A stretch of 37,990 nt of DNA, from IMG/VR virus record IMGVR_UViG_3300025247_000005, positions 1-37,990 of that record. One strand, given 5' to 3'. The DNA is from a virus (lineage: Duplodnaviria > Caudoviricetes). The number at the start of each line of letters is the position of its first letter. Position 1 is the first letter of the stretch. Shown one piece after another: positions 17,941 through 25,971 of this stretch. The notes beneath the pieces were generated by a model, which worked only from the letters and a program-made list of their open reading frames with translations, was not told the DNA's origin and did not search any database. The translations under genes and the position numbers were made by a program.

Positions 17941-18020
17941 TGCGGTGAATGCGTGGCCCGCCCGGTTTGCTGGCCGGGACCGGAAGGCGTGCCGGGGATC
18001 AGCACCGGCCACCGCATCCA
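17941..18020 (+). ncRNA. Candidate tRNA-like RNA (non-canonical cloverleaf with CCA)
   Basis: 7-bp acceptor-like stem, three internal arms, then T-CCA; no TTC in the T-loop. Confidence 0.5.
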
Positions 18021-18039
18021 TTCAGACAACGGAGAGAGC

Positions 18040-18447
18040 ATGAACATTCTGACATTCACCACCCGATTCGGGCAGGACGCAGAAACGAAGTACACGCAAG
18101 CTGGCAAGCCAATCACTACAGTGCGCTGCCCGGTGGATTCTGGCTGGGGCGACAACAAGCACACCAGCTGGCTGACCGTGGTGCTGTTCGGTGAGCGCGG
18201 CGAAAAGCTGTGCCCTCACATGCGCAAAGGCGGCAAGGCCACGATCTCCGGGGAGCTGCGCGTGCGTGAGTTTGAGCGCAATGACGGCAGCAAGGGCACC
18301 AGCGTTGAGGTAATCATGCGCGAGATTGAGCTGCAGGGTGATGCGCCGAGTAGCGACCAGCAGCCACAGCAGAACCGGGCACAGGCTCAGGGTGGCGGCC
18401 AGCCACCGGCAGACGATTTTGAGACCGACTCAGACATCCCCTTTTAG
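18040..18447 (+). CDS. ssb: Single-stranded DNA-binding protein
   Basis: OB-fold pattern, Gln/Gly linker, acidic DSDIPF tail. Confidence 0.93.
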   Translation: MNILTFTTRFGQDAETKYTQAGKPITTVRCPVDSGWGDNKHTSWLTVVLFGERGEKLCPHMRKGGKATISGELRVREFERNDGSKGTSVEVIMREIELQGDAPSSDQQPQQNRAQAQGGGQPPADDFETDSDIPF

Positions 18448-18455
18448 GTGAAGCC

Positions 18456-18638
18456 ATGACCCTCCACCCCTCAACAGTCCAGCAGCTCCTTACCCACCGC
18501 ATACAGGGATTGGGAGCGCAGGACAGGACACAGCAGAGAGCCCAGCGCCTGGTGCTGGTGAAGATCCGCAACGGCAAGAGCGTGCGCATGGCATTGAACG
18601 AGACAACGGCCTTTGTGGCCAGGGAGACGGACAAGTGA
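18456..18638 (+). CDS. Hypothetical protein
   Basis: AGGTGA RBS; GTGA-coupled to the next gene. Confidence 0.55.
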   Translation: MTLHPSTVQQLLTHRIQGLGAQDRTQQRAQRLVLVKIRNGKSVRMALNETTAFVARETDK

Positions 18639-19222
18639 GCGTAGATGCATTCCCGCTTTGCTGGCCTGCTGGGTGGCCGCGTTGCAAGCGCGCCGAGCAT
18701 GGCAGATTCCAGACTTCATTTGCCAAAGCGCGTGATGGACTGATGGAAGAGCTGCGACTGATGGGCGCCAAGAATATCGTTCTTTCCACCAATATCGAGT
18801 TGCGCCGCGATGGCCTACCTTACGCGAACCAGCGTCAGCCTGAGGATTCCGGCGTGGCGGTCTACTTCCAGCACAAAGGCATGAGCATGACCTTTGCCTG
18901 CGACCGCTGGAGGAAAGTGGAAGACAACACCCAGGCCATACGCAAGACCATCGAAGCATTGCGCGGCATTGAGCGCTGGGGCGCAAGCGACATGATGAAG
19001 CGGGCATTCTCCGGCTTTGCTGCCCTTCCGTCTTCTGCCGCCGCAAATGCCAGCGCCTGGTGGGCCGTCCTTGGCGTCACTCAGGGCGCGGACTTCGACG
19101 CCGTGCGAGCTGCCTACCAGCAAAAGCGGAAGAGCACGCACCCGGACCATTGCGGCACCACCGAACAGTTCAAAGCCGTGCAGCAGGCATGGCGCCAATT
19201 TCAGGAGCAATACGATGATTGA
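18635..19222 (+). CDS. Phage protein with C-terminal J-domain
   Basis: WW.VLGV...VRAAY....THPD..G....F J-domain; N-terminal PLCWP.GWPR and D.GVAVYF. Confidence 0.85.
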   Translation: MSVDAFPLCWPAGWPRCKRAEHGRFQTSFAKARDGLMEELRLMGAKNIVLSTNIELRRDGLPYANQRQPEDSGVAVYFQHKGMSMTFACDRWRKVEDNTQAIRKTIEALRGIERWGASDMMKRAFSGFAALPSSAAANASAWWAVLGVTQGADFDAVRAAYQQKRKSTHPDHCGTTEQFKAVQQAWRQFQEQYDD

Positions 19223-20222
19223 TTCAGTGAGAGAGGCGTTGCAAACGCTGCGCGATAATATTCGAGACGAAAAAGGCAGTGTGCAGCGGATGGGGGTGCA
19301 TGATAACAACGACACCCGGGACGCCATCGCCGCGCTGCTGGAGAATGAAGCCGCCCTTAGCGCCAATGGTGGGGATGCTGGGTGGCACGGGAAGCCAAGC
19401 CAGCCGGGGCGCTATGAGGTTCGAGGCTTCAATGATGACGGAACTGTCGGCTTTGTTTCTGTCGCATTGGCTGACGGCGACTTGGTTTGCAATCTGCATG
19501 ACAGGAGTACCGCAGATGTTAGCGAATACAGCTACCTGCTGGATGACATAGATGAGAGTTTCGAGTGGCGCACACTCTACACCCACCCCGCCCCGCCATC
19601 TGTTGCGGTGCCGGAGAACGATCTGCGGGATCGAGTTCTCAACCTGCTCTGCGCACTCGGGCATCAGGGCGTGGATATGGGCGAAGGTCAACTTTATGAC
19701 GTTGGCGAATGGGGCATCAAAGAAGCGCAGGAGCTGCACACATTGCTCACCGCCGCCCCACAGCCCGATCATTCTCCCGATGGCGGGGAGGTCGTGCAGG
19801 GCGATCTGACGGAGACAGCGATTAAGAGCGGTCCGGCATATCGCGCCCTTTATGCAGAGAAGCAGCACCTGCTAAACCTGCTAAAAGAGCCTGCTGCCGA
19901 TGGCGGGGAGGTGGAGCCGGCATTCTGGATCACCAAAAATGATTTCGAGCGCGCCTCAAATAAAACCAACCTGCTATGCAGTGTAACTGTGCGAGGCGAG
20001 TGGGATGGGTTAGTTCCGCTCTACACCCACCCCGCCGAATCCCGCGAGGAGATACAGGCGCAGGCGCTGGAGACGTATGCGGATCAGCTTGATGCAGTGT
20101 TTGAGCGCGCACAGGAGGCCCGTGCGGTCAACTGCCCCGCGTGGCATTCCGGTCAGTTCGCGAAGGACGCTCGGAAACAAGCCGCCCGCCTCCGCGCCAG
20201 CCAGCAGGAAGGGGGTGAGTGA
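19215..20222 (+). CDS. Mosaic hypothetical protein with repeated LYTHPA and DGGEV linkers
   Basis: AGGAG RBS before ATG 19215; internal direct repeats. Confidence 0.75.
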   Translation: MIDSVREALQTLRDNIRDEKGSVQRMGVHDNNDTRDAIAALLENEAALSANGGDAGWHGKPSQPGRYEVRGFNDDGTVGFVSVALADGDLVCNLHDRSTADVSEYSYLLDDIDESFEWRTLYTHPAPPSVAVPENDLRDRVLNLLCALGHQGVDMGEGQLYDVGEWGIKEAQELHTLLTAAPQPDHSPDGGEVVQGDLTETAIKSGPAYRALYAEKQHLLNLLKEPAADGGEVEPAFWITKNDFERASNKTNLLCSVTVRGEWDGLVPLYTHPAESREEIQAQALETYADQLDAVFERAQEARAVNCPAWHSGQFAKDARKQAARLRASQQEGGE

Positions 20223-20497
20223 TGAGCACTCAACCGACCGTTGTGGTTTGCCTCGCTGCCGGGGCTCTTTTTGGATTCGTCTTCGGCACCTCTGTAGGTG
20301 TACCGGCAGGGCGCCACGAAGCCATTACAGAAATCGCGAGAGAGTGCGGCATAAACGGTGAAGCCGATGCCGGAATTGTGAAGATCGAATGCAGGATAAA
20401 GCAGCATTTATGGGAGGCTAATAGCTACCGCCCCACCACCGGAGAAGATGGCCAGCAGGACGGCAACCCCGCTGACGACGATAGGGAGGGGGTATGA
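20219..20497 (+). CDS. Hypothetical membrane-anchored protein
   Basis: Coupled start; N-terminal hydrophobic helix. Confidence 0.6.
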   Translation: MMSTQPTVVVCLAAGALFGFVFGTSVGVPAGRHEAITEIARECGINGEADAGIVKIECRIKQHLWEANSYRPTTGEDGQQDGNPADDDREGV

Positions 20498-20721
20498 GCA
20501 TGTACCTGTACCACTGGTCGGCAATATCCGGCGACAGCTTGAGAACTGAGATACATGACGGAACCACAGAGCGAAATCTCCCCATTGCTAGCAACGACGA
20601 TTATCAGGAGTTCAAGAAATATCTTCGCGATCATCTTGAGCTGAAAGGTAGATATTTCAACATAACCAGCCTCTCTTTGCTTTTCAGCCCCACCCATAAC
20701 GGAGGTGAGAGCGATGGATAA
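20494..20721 (+). CDS. Hypothetical protein
   Basis: ATGA-coupled, strong RBS. Confidence 0.6.
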   Translation: MSMYLYHWSAISGDSLRTEIHDGTTERNLPIASNDDYQEFKKYLRDHLELKGRYFNITSLSLLFSPTHNGGESDG

Positions 20722-20986
20722 GCCCTGTGATTCTTGCGTGGACCCCGAGTGCTGGCATGAGCGTCAGTGTCTCTATCAAAAGGAGAGCCCCGCCCTCGCA
20801 GCGGCTGAGGCGAGGATTGCGGAGCTGGAGAAGGCGCTGGAGCCGTTTGCTGATCTATCTGGGCAGTTCGTCAATGTTGATATGGCCGGGTTTCACGAAG
20901 CCATGAGAGATAATGAGACTAGGCTCGTGGTGGTTAGGGCCGGTGACGCCCGCCGCGCCGCCGCCCTGCTCAAGGAGAAAGAGTGA
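20714..20986 (+). CDS. Hypothetical protein (Ead/Ea22-like coiled-coil motif)
   Basis: GGAGGT RBS; AEARIAELEKALEPF. Confidence 0.65.
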   Translation: MDKPCDSCVDPECWHERQCLYQKESPALAAAEARIAELEKALEPFADLSGQFVNVDMAGFHEAMRDNETRLVVVRAGDARRAAALLKEKE

Positions 20987-21093
20987 TGACCTGGATCAAG
21001 TGGATTGCCGCCCTCACCGTCCTGCTCTACCTCTGGGGCTGCGTCCTGGGATGGGGTGCAGGGCATGGGCTGAAGATGGGGCTTGGACTGTAG
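20986..21093 (+). CDS. 35-aa hydrophobic peptide (MTWIKWIAALTVLLYLWG...), absent from the ORF track
   Basis: AAGGAG RBS, TGATG overlap, fills the gap before xis. Confidence 0.5.
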   Translation: MTWIKWIAALTVLLYLWGCVLGWGAGHGLKMGLGL

Positions 21094-21101
21094 GAGGCAG
21101 C

Positions 21102-21302
21102 ATGAAAGAGAATCCTCACCTGGTGGTGGAGGAAGAGCTGATGCAATGGGCCAACTGCACTCAGCGGGGCAGGCTCATTAAGTGGCTGGACTCCAACCAC
21201 ATCGATTACTACGTGGGCATCGGTGGGCGGATCTGCACCACCCTGGACGCCCTCAATGGTCGCCCCAGCGCCAACGATGACAAGCCGGTCAGGTTCTTAT
21301 AG
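21102..21302 (+). CDS. Probable excisionase (DUF4224-like)
   Basis: 66 aa immediately before int; EEL......Q.....WL...I.Y..G..GR pattern; AGGAGG RBS. Confidence 0.65.
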   Translation: MKENPHLVVEEELMQWANCTQRGRLIKWLDSNHIDYYVGIGGRICTTLDALNGRPSANDDKPVRFL

Positions 21303-22331
21303 ATGGGCAGAGAGCGCGGCACCCTCCGGGACAATAGGCTCCCGTCATACGTCTACAGAGTAAAGGCCAAGAACCGGGTCATCTGGCGCAACTACGTGGG
21401 AGCAGGCAAATTCGACGGGCAGACCACCCTGACCGATGAGAATGGGCGCCCACTTGCCTATGACGCCAAGGACAAGGACATTCTGGCCGCCTATCTGCGT
21501 CAGGTATCCCAGAAGCCACGCAGAACGCTTTTCTGGTTGCTGGAGTCCTACATGAAGGCTCCAAGGGTGCGGCCTCTGAAAAAGCGCACCCATGATGACT
21601 ATGTGCGGTATGTGGATGCCATATCCACCAAGGCTATTGAGGGTGGCACATTTGGCGGGCTTGACCTTCGGCGGCTTTCTCCAGGCGTGATTGCTGGATA
21701 CCGGGACAGCCTCTCAGACAAGAAGGTGACGGCCAACCGGCACCTCCAGTTCATGTCTGTGGCCTTCAATTGGGCGATAGAGCAGGAGATTCTGGCCAGC
21801 AACCCGTGCAAGGGGGTCAGGAAGTACTCCACCGAGGCCCGCACGCGATACGTAGAGGATTGGGAGTTTGAGCTGGTACAGGGTATGGCACCCGATTATC
21901 TGGCGGTTGCCATGGAGCTGGCCTACCTCATGCGCGCCCGTAGAGGCGAGATCCTTGCTCTCAGGCGCGAGCATGTCAGCGATAAAGGCATCTTCCTGCA
22001 GCGCAGCAAGGCCAGCGAATCGGAGGTGACCACATGGACGCCACGCCTTCAGGACGCTTACAGGGCCGCTACAGCCATTAACAGGGACGTAATAAGCCCC
22101 TGGCTGCTACACGGGCCTGATGGCGACAAGGTGAAGATGGAGGCCTTTAGCACCGCTTGGGGTCGACTGATGACACGCGCCATGAGCAAGGGCTTGAAGG
22201 AGCGCTTCACCTTCCACGATTTGAAAGCGAAGGGCCTTACTGATGACACTGAGCATTGGGCCGGCCACAAGTCAGAAAAGATGCGACAGGTGTACCAGCG
22301 ATTGGCCAAGGAGAAGAAGGCAACCCGGTGA
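21303..22331 (+). CDS. int: Tyrosine integrase
   Basis: R..E box (ARRGEIL), FHDLKAK, AGH and terminal Y; adjacent attP. Confidence 0.93.
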   Translation: MGRERGTLRDNRLPSYVYRVKAKNRVIWRNYVGAGKFDGQTTLTDENGRPLAYDAKDKDILAAYLRQVSQKPRRTLFWLLESYMKAPRVRPLKKRTHDDYVRYVDAISTKAIEGGTFGGLDLRRLSPGVIAGYRDSLSDKKVTANRHLQFMSVAFNWAIEQEILASNPCKGVRKYSTEARTRYVEDWEFELVQGMAPDYLAVAMELAYLMRARRGEILALRREHVSDKGIFLQRSKASESEVTTWTPRLQDAYRAATAINRDVISPWLLHGPDGDKVKMEAFSTAWGRLMTRAMSKGLKERFTFHDLKAKGLTDDTEHWAGHKSEKMRQVYQRLAKEKKATR

Positions 22332-22359
22332 TTTTTTGATGCCGGTTTTGATGCTCTCC

Positions 22360-22394
22360 AGAAACAGAAAAGGGCCTGCATCTCTGCAAGCCCT
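22360..22394 (-). terminator. Terminator downstream of the attP tRNA fragment
   Basis: Minus strand AGGGCTTGCA-GAGA-TGCAGGCCCT followed by TTTCTGTTTCT. Confidence 0.7.
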
Positions 22395-22403
22395 TCGTCT
22401 GTA

Positions 22404-22453
22404 TGGCGCGCTGGGGAGGAGTCGAACCCCCGACCTTCTGGTTCGTAGCCAGA
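22404..22453 (-). other. attP core: 3' part of tRNA-Arg(ACG)
   Basis: Minus strand TCTGG-CTACGAA-CCAGA anticodon arm, GGGGG-TTCGACT-CCTCC T arm, CCAGCGC-G-CCA end; 5' half absent. Confidence 0.92.
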
Positions 22454-22845
22454 ATGACAGTTTATATATATCAACCGGTTAGGCCTCTATACGGAATCAA
22501 AAACGCCTCAAAACTGTCACGCAATTTCAATGAGTTACCCTATGATTTGATGCTGATAGAGCACCACCATGTCAAGGTCGTGACCGGTGAGCGATAAGCG
22601 GTTGAGAGGAAAGGAAAACAGGGGGAAATTCAGGCGGGGAATTCGGCACATTCGCAACACGCAGAAACAACGGCTTACGAACGGATACCCCGAATTCTGA
22701 CAGCAGTGTCAGCGATGGATTACAGACCCTGGATGACTATCAGTAGATGATAACCATGCCCGCCGCCGGCCACCGATCTCCATAGACGGCCAGCGACTAT
22801 CTGTCAGCGTTATGCGGCGGGCACAATTTCTTTTAGAATTGCTCC

Positions 22846-23490
22846 ATGATCAAAATCTTCTACATAGCTGCAATTCACGCCCTCCTTCTTCTGTTGCTGG
22901 CAACCCACGACAACACGCCTTGGGCGCAGAAGGAGAGCACGCCCAACTTCCAAGAGCGGATGACAAGGATTGCAGGCTTCAAAAGCGCCAACGCCATCCC
23001 CGGCGACTATGTATTCCTGGGAGACAGCATCACTCAGAGAATGTCGCTTTCATTTATCGCCAAGCCCTCTACAAACTATGGCATTGCCGGGCTAACAACT
23101 GGCGGGATGATTGATTTGCTGGGAAGGATTGCTGGGCTGGAGGACTCCGGACGGATCCATATCATGATTGGCGTCAATGATTTTGTTTTCGGCATAGACA
23201 CCGGCCTGGCTAAGCGGCTGACCGAGATAAACAGCCTACTCCCAGAAAGCGTGCCGCTGGTGTGGAGCGCCATCACCCCGGTCTATAGCCGCTCGGGCAT
23301 CAACGCAAAGATTCAGCGGGCAAACAGCCAGATACGAACCCTTTGTGCCAAGCGCCAAAACTGCACGTTCATTGATGCGTTCACGCTATTTGCCGGGGAA
23401 GAGGCGCGCCTTTATGTGGATAATGTCCATCTTTCCCCGGAAGGCTATCGCGTCTGGCAGGCAGCGCTGTTAGAGGCTGATACCGAGTAA
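22846..23490 (+). CDS. SGNH/GDSL hydrolase with N-terminal signal or anchor (moron)
   Basis: Blocks GDSIT, GIAG, GVND and DNVH; hydrophobic N-terminus; opposite strand to the tail genes. Confidence 0.9.
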   Translation: MIKIFYIAAIHALLLLLLATHDNTPWAQKESTPNFQERMTRIAGFKSANAIPGDYVFLGDSITQRMSLSFIAKPSTNYGIAGLTTGGMIDLLGRIAGLEDSGRIHIMIGVNDFVFGIDTGLAKRLTEINSLLPESVPLVWSAITPVYSRSGINAKIQRANSQIRTLCAKRQNCTFIDAFTLFAGEEARLYVDNVHLSPEGYRVWQAALLEADTE

Positions 23491-24213
23491 TGCCCCCATC
23501 GCGGCATCAATCGCATCCAGCTGCGTGCCGCTCATGGAACCATGATAGAAGGCCATGCCTGCCGCTGTCTGGTCGTACATCCAATCGCCGTTATCATCTG
23601 GATTCCCGCCGATAATGAACGGTACTTCCCCGCCCCCAAGGCCGCCCGTAAATGTATCTGAGGATTCCACTGAACCATTCACCCGCAAACTGGCGGTAGA
23701 GCCGTCGATATGCAGGCCGATGACAACCAGGTCACCTGCTGAGAATGTGGTTGTGCCGCGCTGATCGCCACCAAACCCAAGGTCTGCCACAGCGAAACAA
23801 GCCCGGATGCCGTAAAATCCCAGGTACATCCGATCTGTAGTGCTGCTTAGCTCGCCCTGCCCCATCGCACAAATGGAGTTAGCAGGGATGGCATCGTATC
23901 GGGCCGCAATCACAAAATACCCATCCCCATCCGGCTTTGCGTAGCCGGTTGCCAGGTTATCGCCAAGAGTGAATTTCACACCGGGCAGCGACGTTTCTGC
24001 CAGAGAAGCAATATATTCAGGGGGTACGCCCGGCACGCCATTGTTGCCATTGAACCCGTCCCACTGAGTGACATCAGAGTCGGAAGTGGTTATGCCGGAA
24101 TTGGCCAGCCAGTATTGCTTCAGATTCTTCGCTGGCAGCGCCGGAACAAACGTATTGATATTGGGGTGACTGCCCGGCAGTGACGTGTTTTTAAGTTTTA
24201 TGGCTGTAGCCAT
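23470..24213 (-). CDS. LamG / concanavalin-A-like tail-associated protein
   Basis: Beta-rich, V..W and LRVNG patterns; last late gene. Confidence 0.6.
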   Translation of the reverse strand: MATAIKLKNTSLPGSHPNINTFVPALPAKNLKQYWLANSGITTSDSDVTQWDGFNGNNGVPGVPPEYIASLAETSLPGVKFTLGDNLATGYAKPDGDGYFVIAARYDAIPANSICAMGQGELSSTTDRMYLGFYGIRACFAVADLGFGGDQRGTTTFSAGDLVVIGLHIDGSTASLRVNGSVESSDTFTGGLGGGEVPFIIGGNPDDNGDWMYDQTAAGMAFYHGSMSGTQLDAIDAAMGALLGISL

Positions 24214-24221
24214 GAATCACC

Positions 24222-25943
24222 TCAAATTACATATCTGCGGAATTGGTTATAAAGGAATTGCGCGCCTGCGTCGGTCAGATGACGACTGTCAGCCCAGAAG
24301 CCGAGACCGTCCATGGTTGTGTAATCGCTGGTCATGGCTTCGATGTTCAGAAGTTCTGCCTGCGGATAGTCCTGCACCAGATCATTCAAGGCCACGGCAT
24401 ACTCCGGGGTTAGGTCGGTGGTGTCGTCGCCATTATGTGGCGCGGCCATGACGACAATAGAAGCATCGGGCGCAGCCGCCGTGTAGGCATCAAGAATTGT
24501 TGCCATTTGGGTCTTGTAGTTTGCCGCCGTCTCTTTCCCTGCGGCGTCATTGGTTCCCAGGCTTACAAAAACAACGTCCGGATCAATGTCGCTTAAATAC
24601 GCGGCGCTTTCTGTGGCGTAGGTAGACCAGTCATCCGCCGTGGTCCCGCCGTTGCCAGCCTTCGAGATTTCTACCCCGTCAGCAGTGCGCTGGCTGTAAA
24701 ATCCAAGCAACTGAACGGTGCCGGGATTGCCGGTCAAATCAATATCAATATCGTGGGCTGCATCCGTCAGGCCGGTGATTTCCGTGGCAGTGGTGCCGCC
24801 CCCGCCCCCGCCAACCACATCAACCCATGAGCCCCCATCAACGCGATACCGGAATGTGCCGTCACCGTCATAGGAGTAGATGGTCAGCGACTCAGCAACC
24901 AGATTACCAATAGATACAGTTGCCGATGTGCCGGTGGCTTCAATGCGCTGCAAGTCGATACCGACAGGCGCAGACCCTGCATCAACCAAGGTGAATCCTG
25001 ACGTGGTGTAGGTTGCGTCGTTCAGAGGCACCATAAATGCGCTTGCATCTGACCCGACCCCAATCCAGCCCGTGGACGCCTCACCCAGGTCCGCATAGAA
25101 CAGGTCGGCGAAGAGCTGCGGAATTTTGCGACGCTGTGACCAAGAATCACCCACGAACAGGATTTTCAGTTGCGCGGAGTCGCCATTGTTAAGGGACGCC
25201 ACTTTTTGTTTGGCACGGAAAAGTGAGCGTCCGTCAGTGGCTACCACCGGCGTAGAATCCTCCGGTTTGTTGTCGAAAATGTATTGCAGAAGCGCAGGCG
25301 CAACACCGGAGGCATCCAGCAGCCCATTTGTCAGCCAAAGAGGAACATTCCCGTCATCATCCTGAAAGAGAGCTACGCGCTCGCTGGTCTGCTCTTCAAG
25401 ATTAAAGAGATCGTCAATGACTCCAGCAGCAGGCGACGCACCAATCTCCGTAGCAACACCTCCAGTATCATGCAGGTACAGAATCAGTAGCTCGCCATCT
25501 TCGGATGATGGGACGTAGAAATAGTCGCCCTCGCTGGTTGCCGCAAGCCCAGCCGTTGTGTCTTCGTAGATGCCTCCTGCATTCGCAGCGGCATCGGCAT
25601 AAGTCTGCGCGTCGCTGGCGCTCGTAGCGGCGTTAGTTTCGCTCGTGGCTGCGCTGGACGCGCTCGTAGCTGCGTTACTCTCTGCCGTCTCTGCGCCTGA
25701 TTGCGCTGCCTCAGCAGCCGCCTGAGCGACTTCGGCCTCATCCTTTGCCGCTTCCGCTCTGTCTGCATCAACACCTGCTTGCGGATAATCATCCTCCAGG
25801 CGCTTCAGCGTAGGGCGGGAATTCCCCAAGCGATCCGTCCAACTATCACCTGTGCCGTTGACGGCCTCATCCAAGTTTTCGGCGTTATCAACAAGGTCGC
25901 GCGGGTCCTTGGACGGAACCGGATTACCAGTGTCGTAAGACAT
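24222..25943 (-). CDS. Tailspike / receptor-binding protein with SGNH esterase domain
   Basis: N-terminal YDTGNPVPS.DPRDL.DNA..LD anchor, Ala/Ser coiled coil, then GDSWS, GNGG, GTND and DSRH. Confidence 0.85.
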   Translation of the reverse strand: MSYDTGNPVPSKDPRDLVDNAENLDEAVNGTGDSWTDRLGNSRPTLKRLEDDYPQAGVDADRAEAAKDEAEVAQAAAEAAQSGAETAESNAATSASSAATSETNAATSASDAQTYADAAANAGGIYEDTTAGLAATSEGDYFYVPSSEDGELLILYLHDTGGVATEIGASPAAGVIDDLFNLEEQTSERVALFQDDDGNVPLWLTNGLLDASGVAPALLQYIFDNKPEDSTPVVATDGRSLFRAKQKVASLNNGDSAQLKILFVGDSWSQRRKIPQLFADLFYADLGEASTGWIGVGSDASAFMVPLNDATYTTSGFTLVDAGSAPVGIDLQRIEATGTSATVSIGNLVAESLTIYSYDGDGTFRYRVDGGSWVDVVGGGGGGTTATEITGLTDAAHDIDIDLTGNPGTVQLLGFYSQRTADGVEISKAGNGGTTADDWSTYATESAAYLSDIDPDVVFVSLGTNDAAGKETAANYKTQMATILDAYTAAAPDASIVVMAAPHNGDDTTDLTPEYAVALNDLVQDYPQAELLNIEAMTSDYTTMDGLGFWADSRHLTDAGAQFLYNQFRRYVI

Positions 25944-25971
25944 TCTGAAAGCCTCTTTTCAAACAGCCTGA

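Noticed and set aside
17941-18020. Canonical tRNA or C4 antisense RNA call
   Set aside because: No 7-nt anticodon loop or TTC T-loop, and no ant/icd target recognised; kept only as a tRNA-like candidate
22210-22235. Inactive integrase because HxxR reads HDLK
   Set aside because: HDLKAK variants occur in this integrase group, the other catalytic residues are present and attP is intact
22404-22453. Functional tRNA-Arg gene
   Set aside because: The D arm and 5' acceptor strand are missing; it is the attP core
25590-25770. Diversity-generating retroelement or invertible tail-fibre cassette
   Set aside because: No reverse transcriptase, invertase or TR/VR pair seen; the low complexity is an Ala/Ser coiled coil
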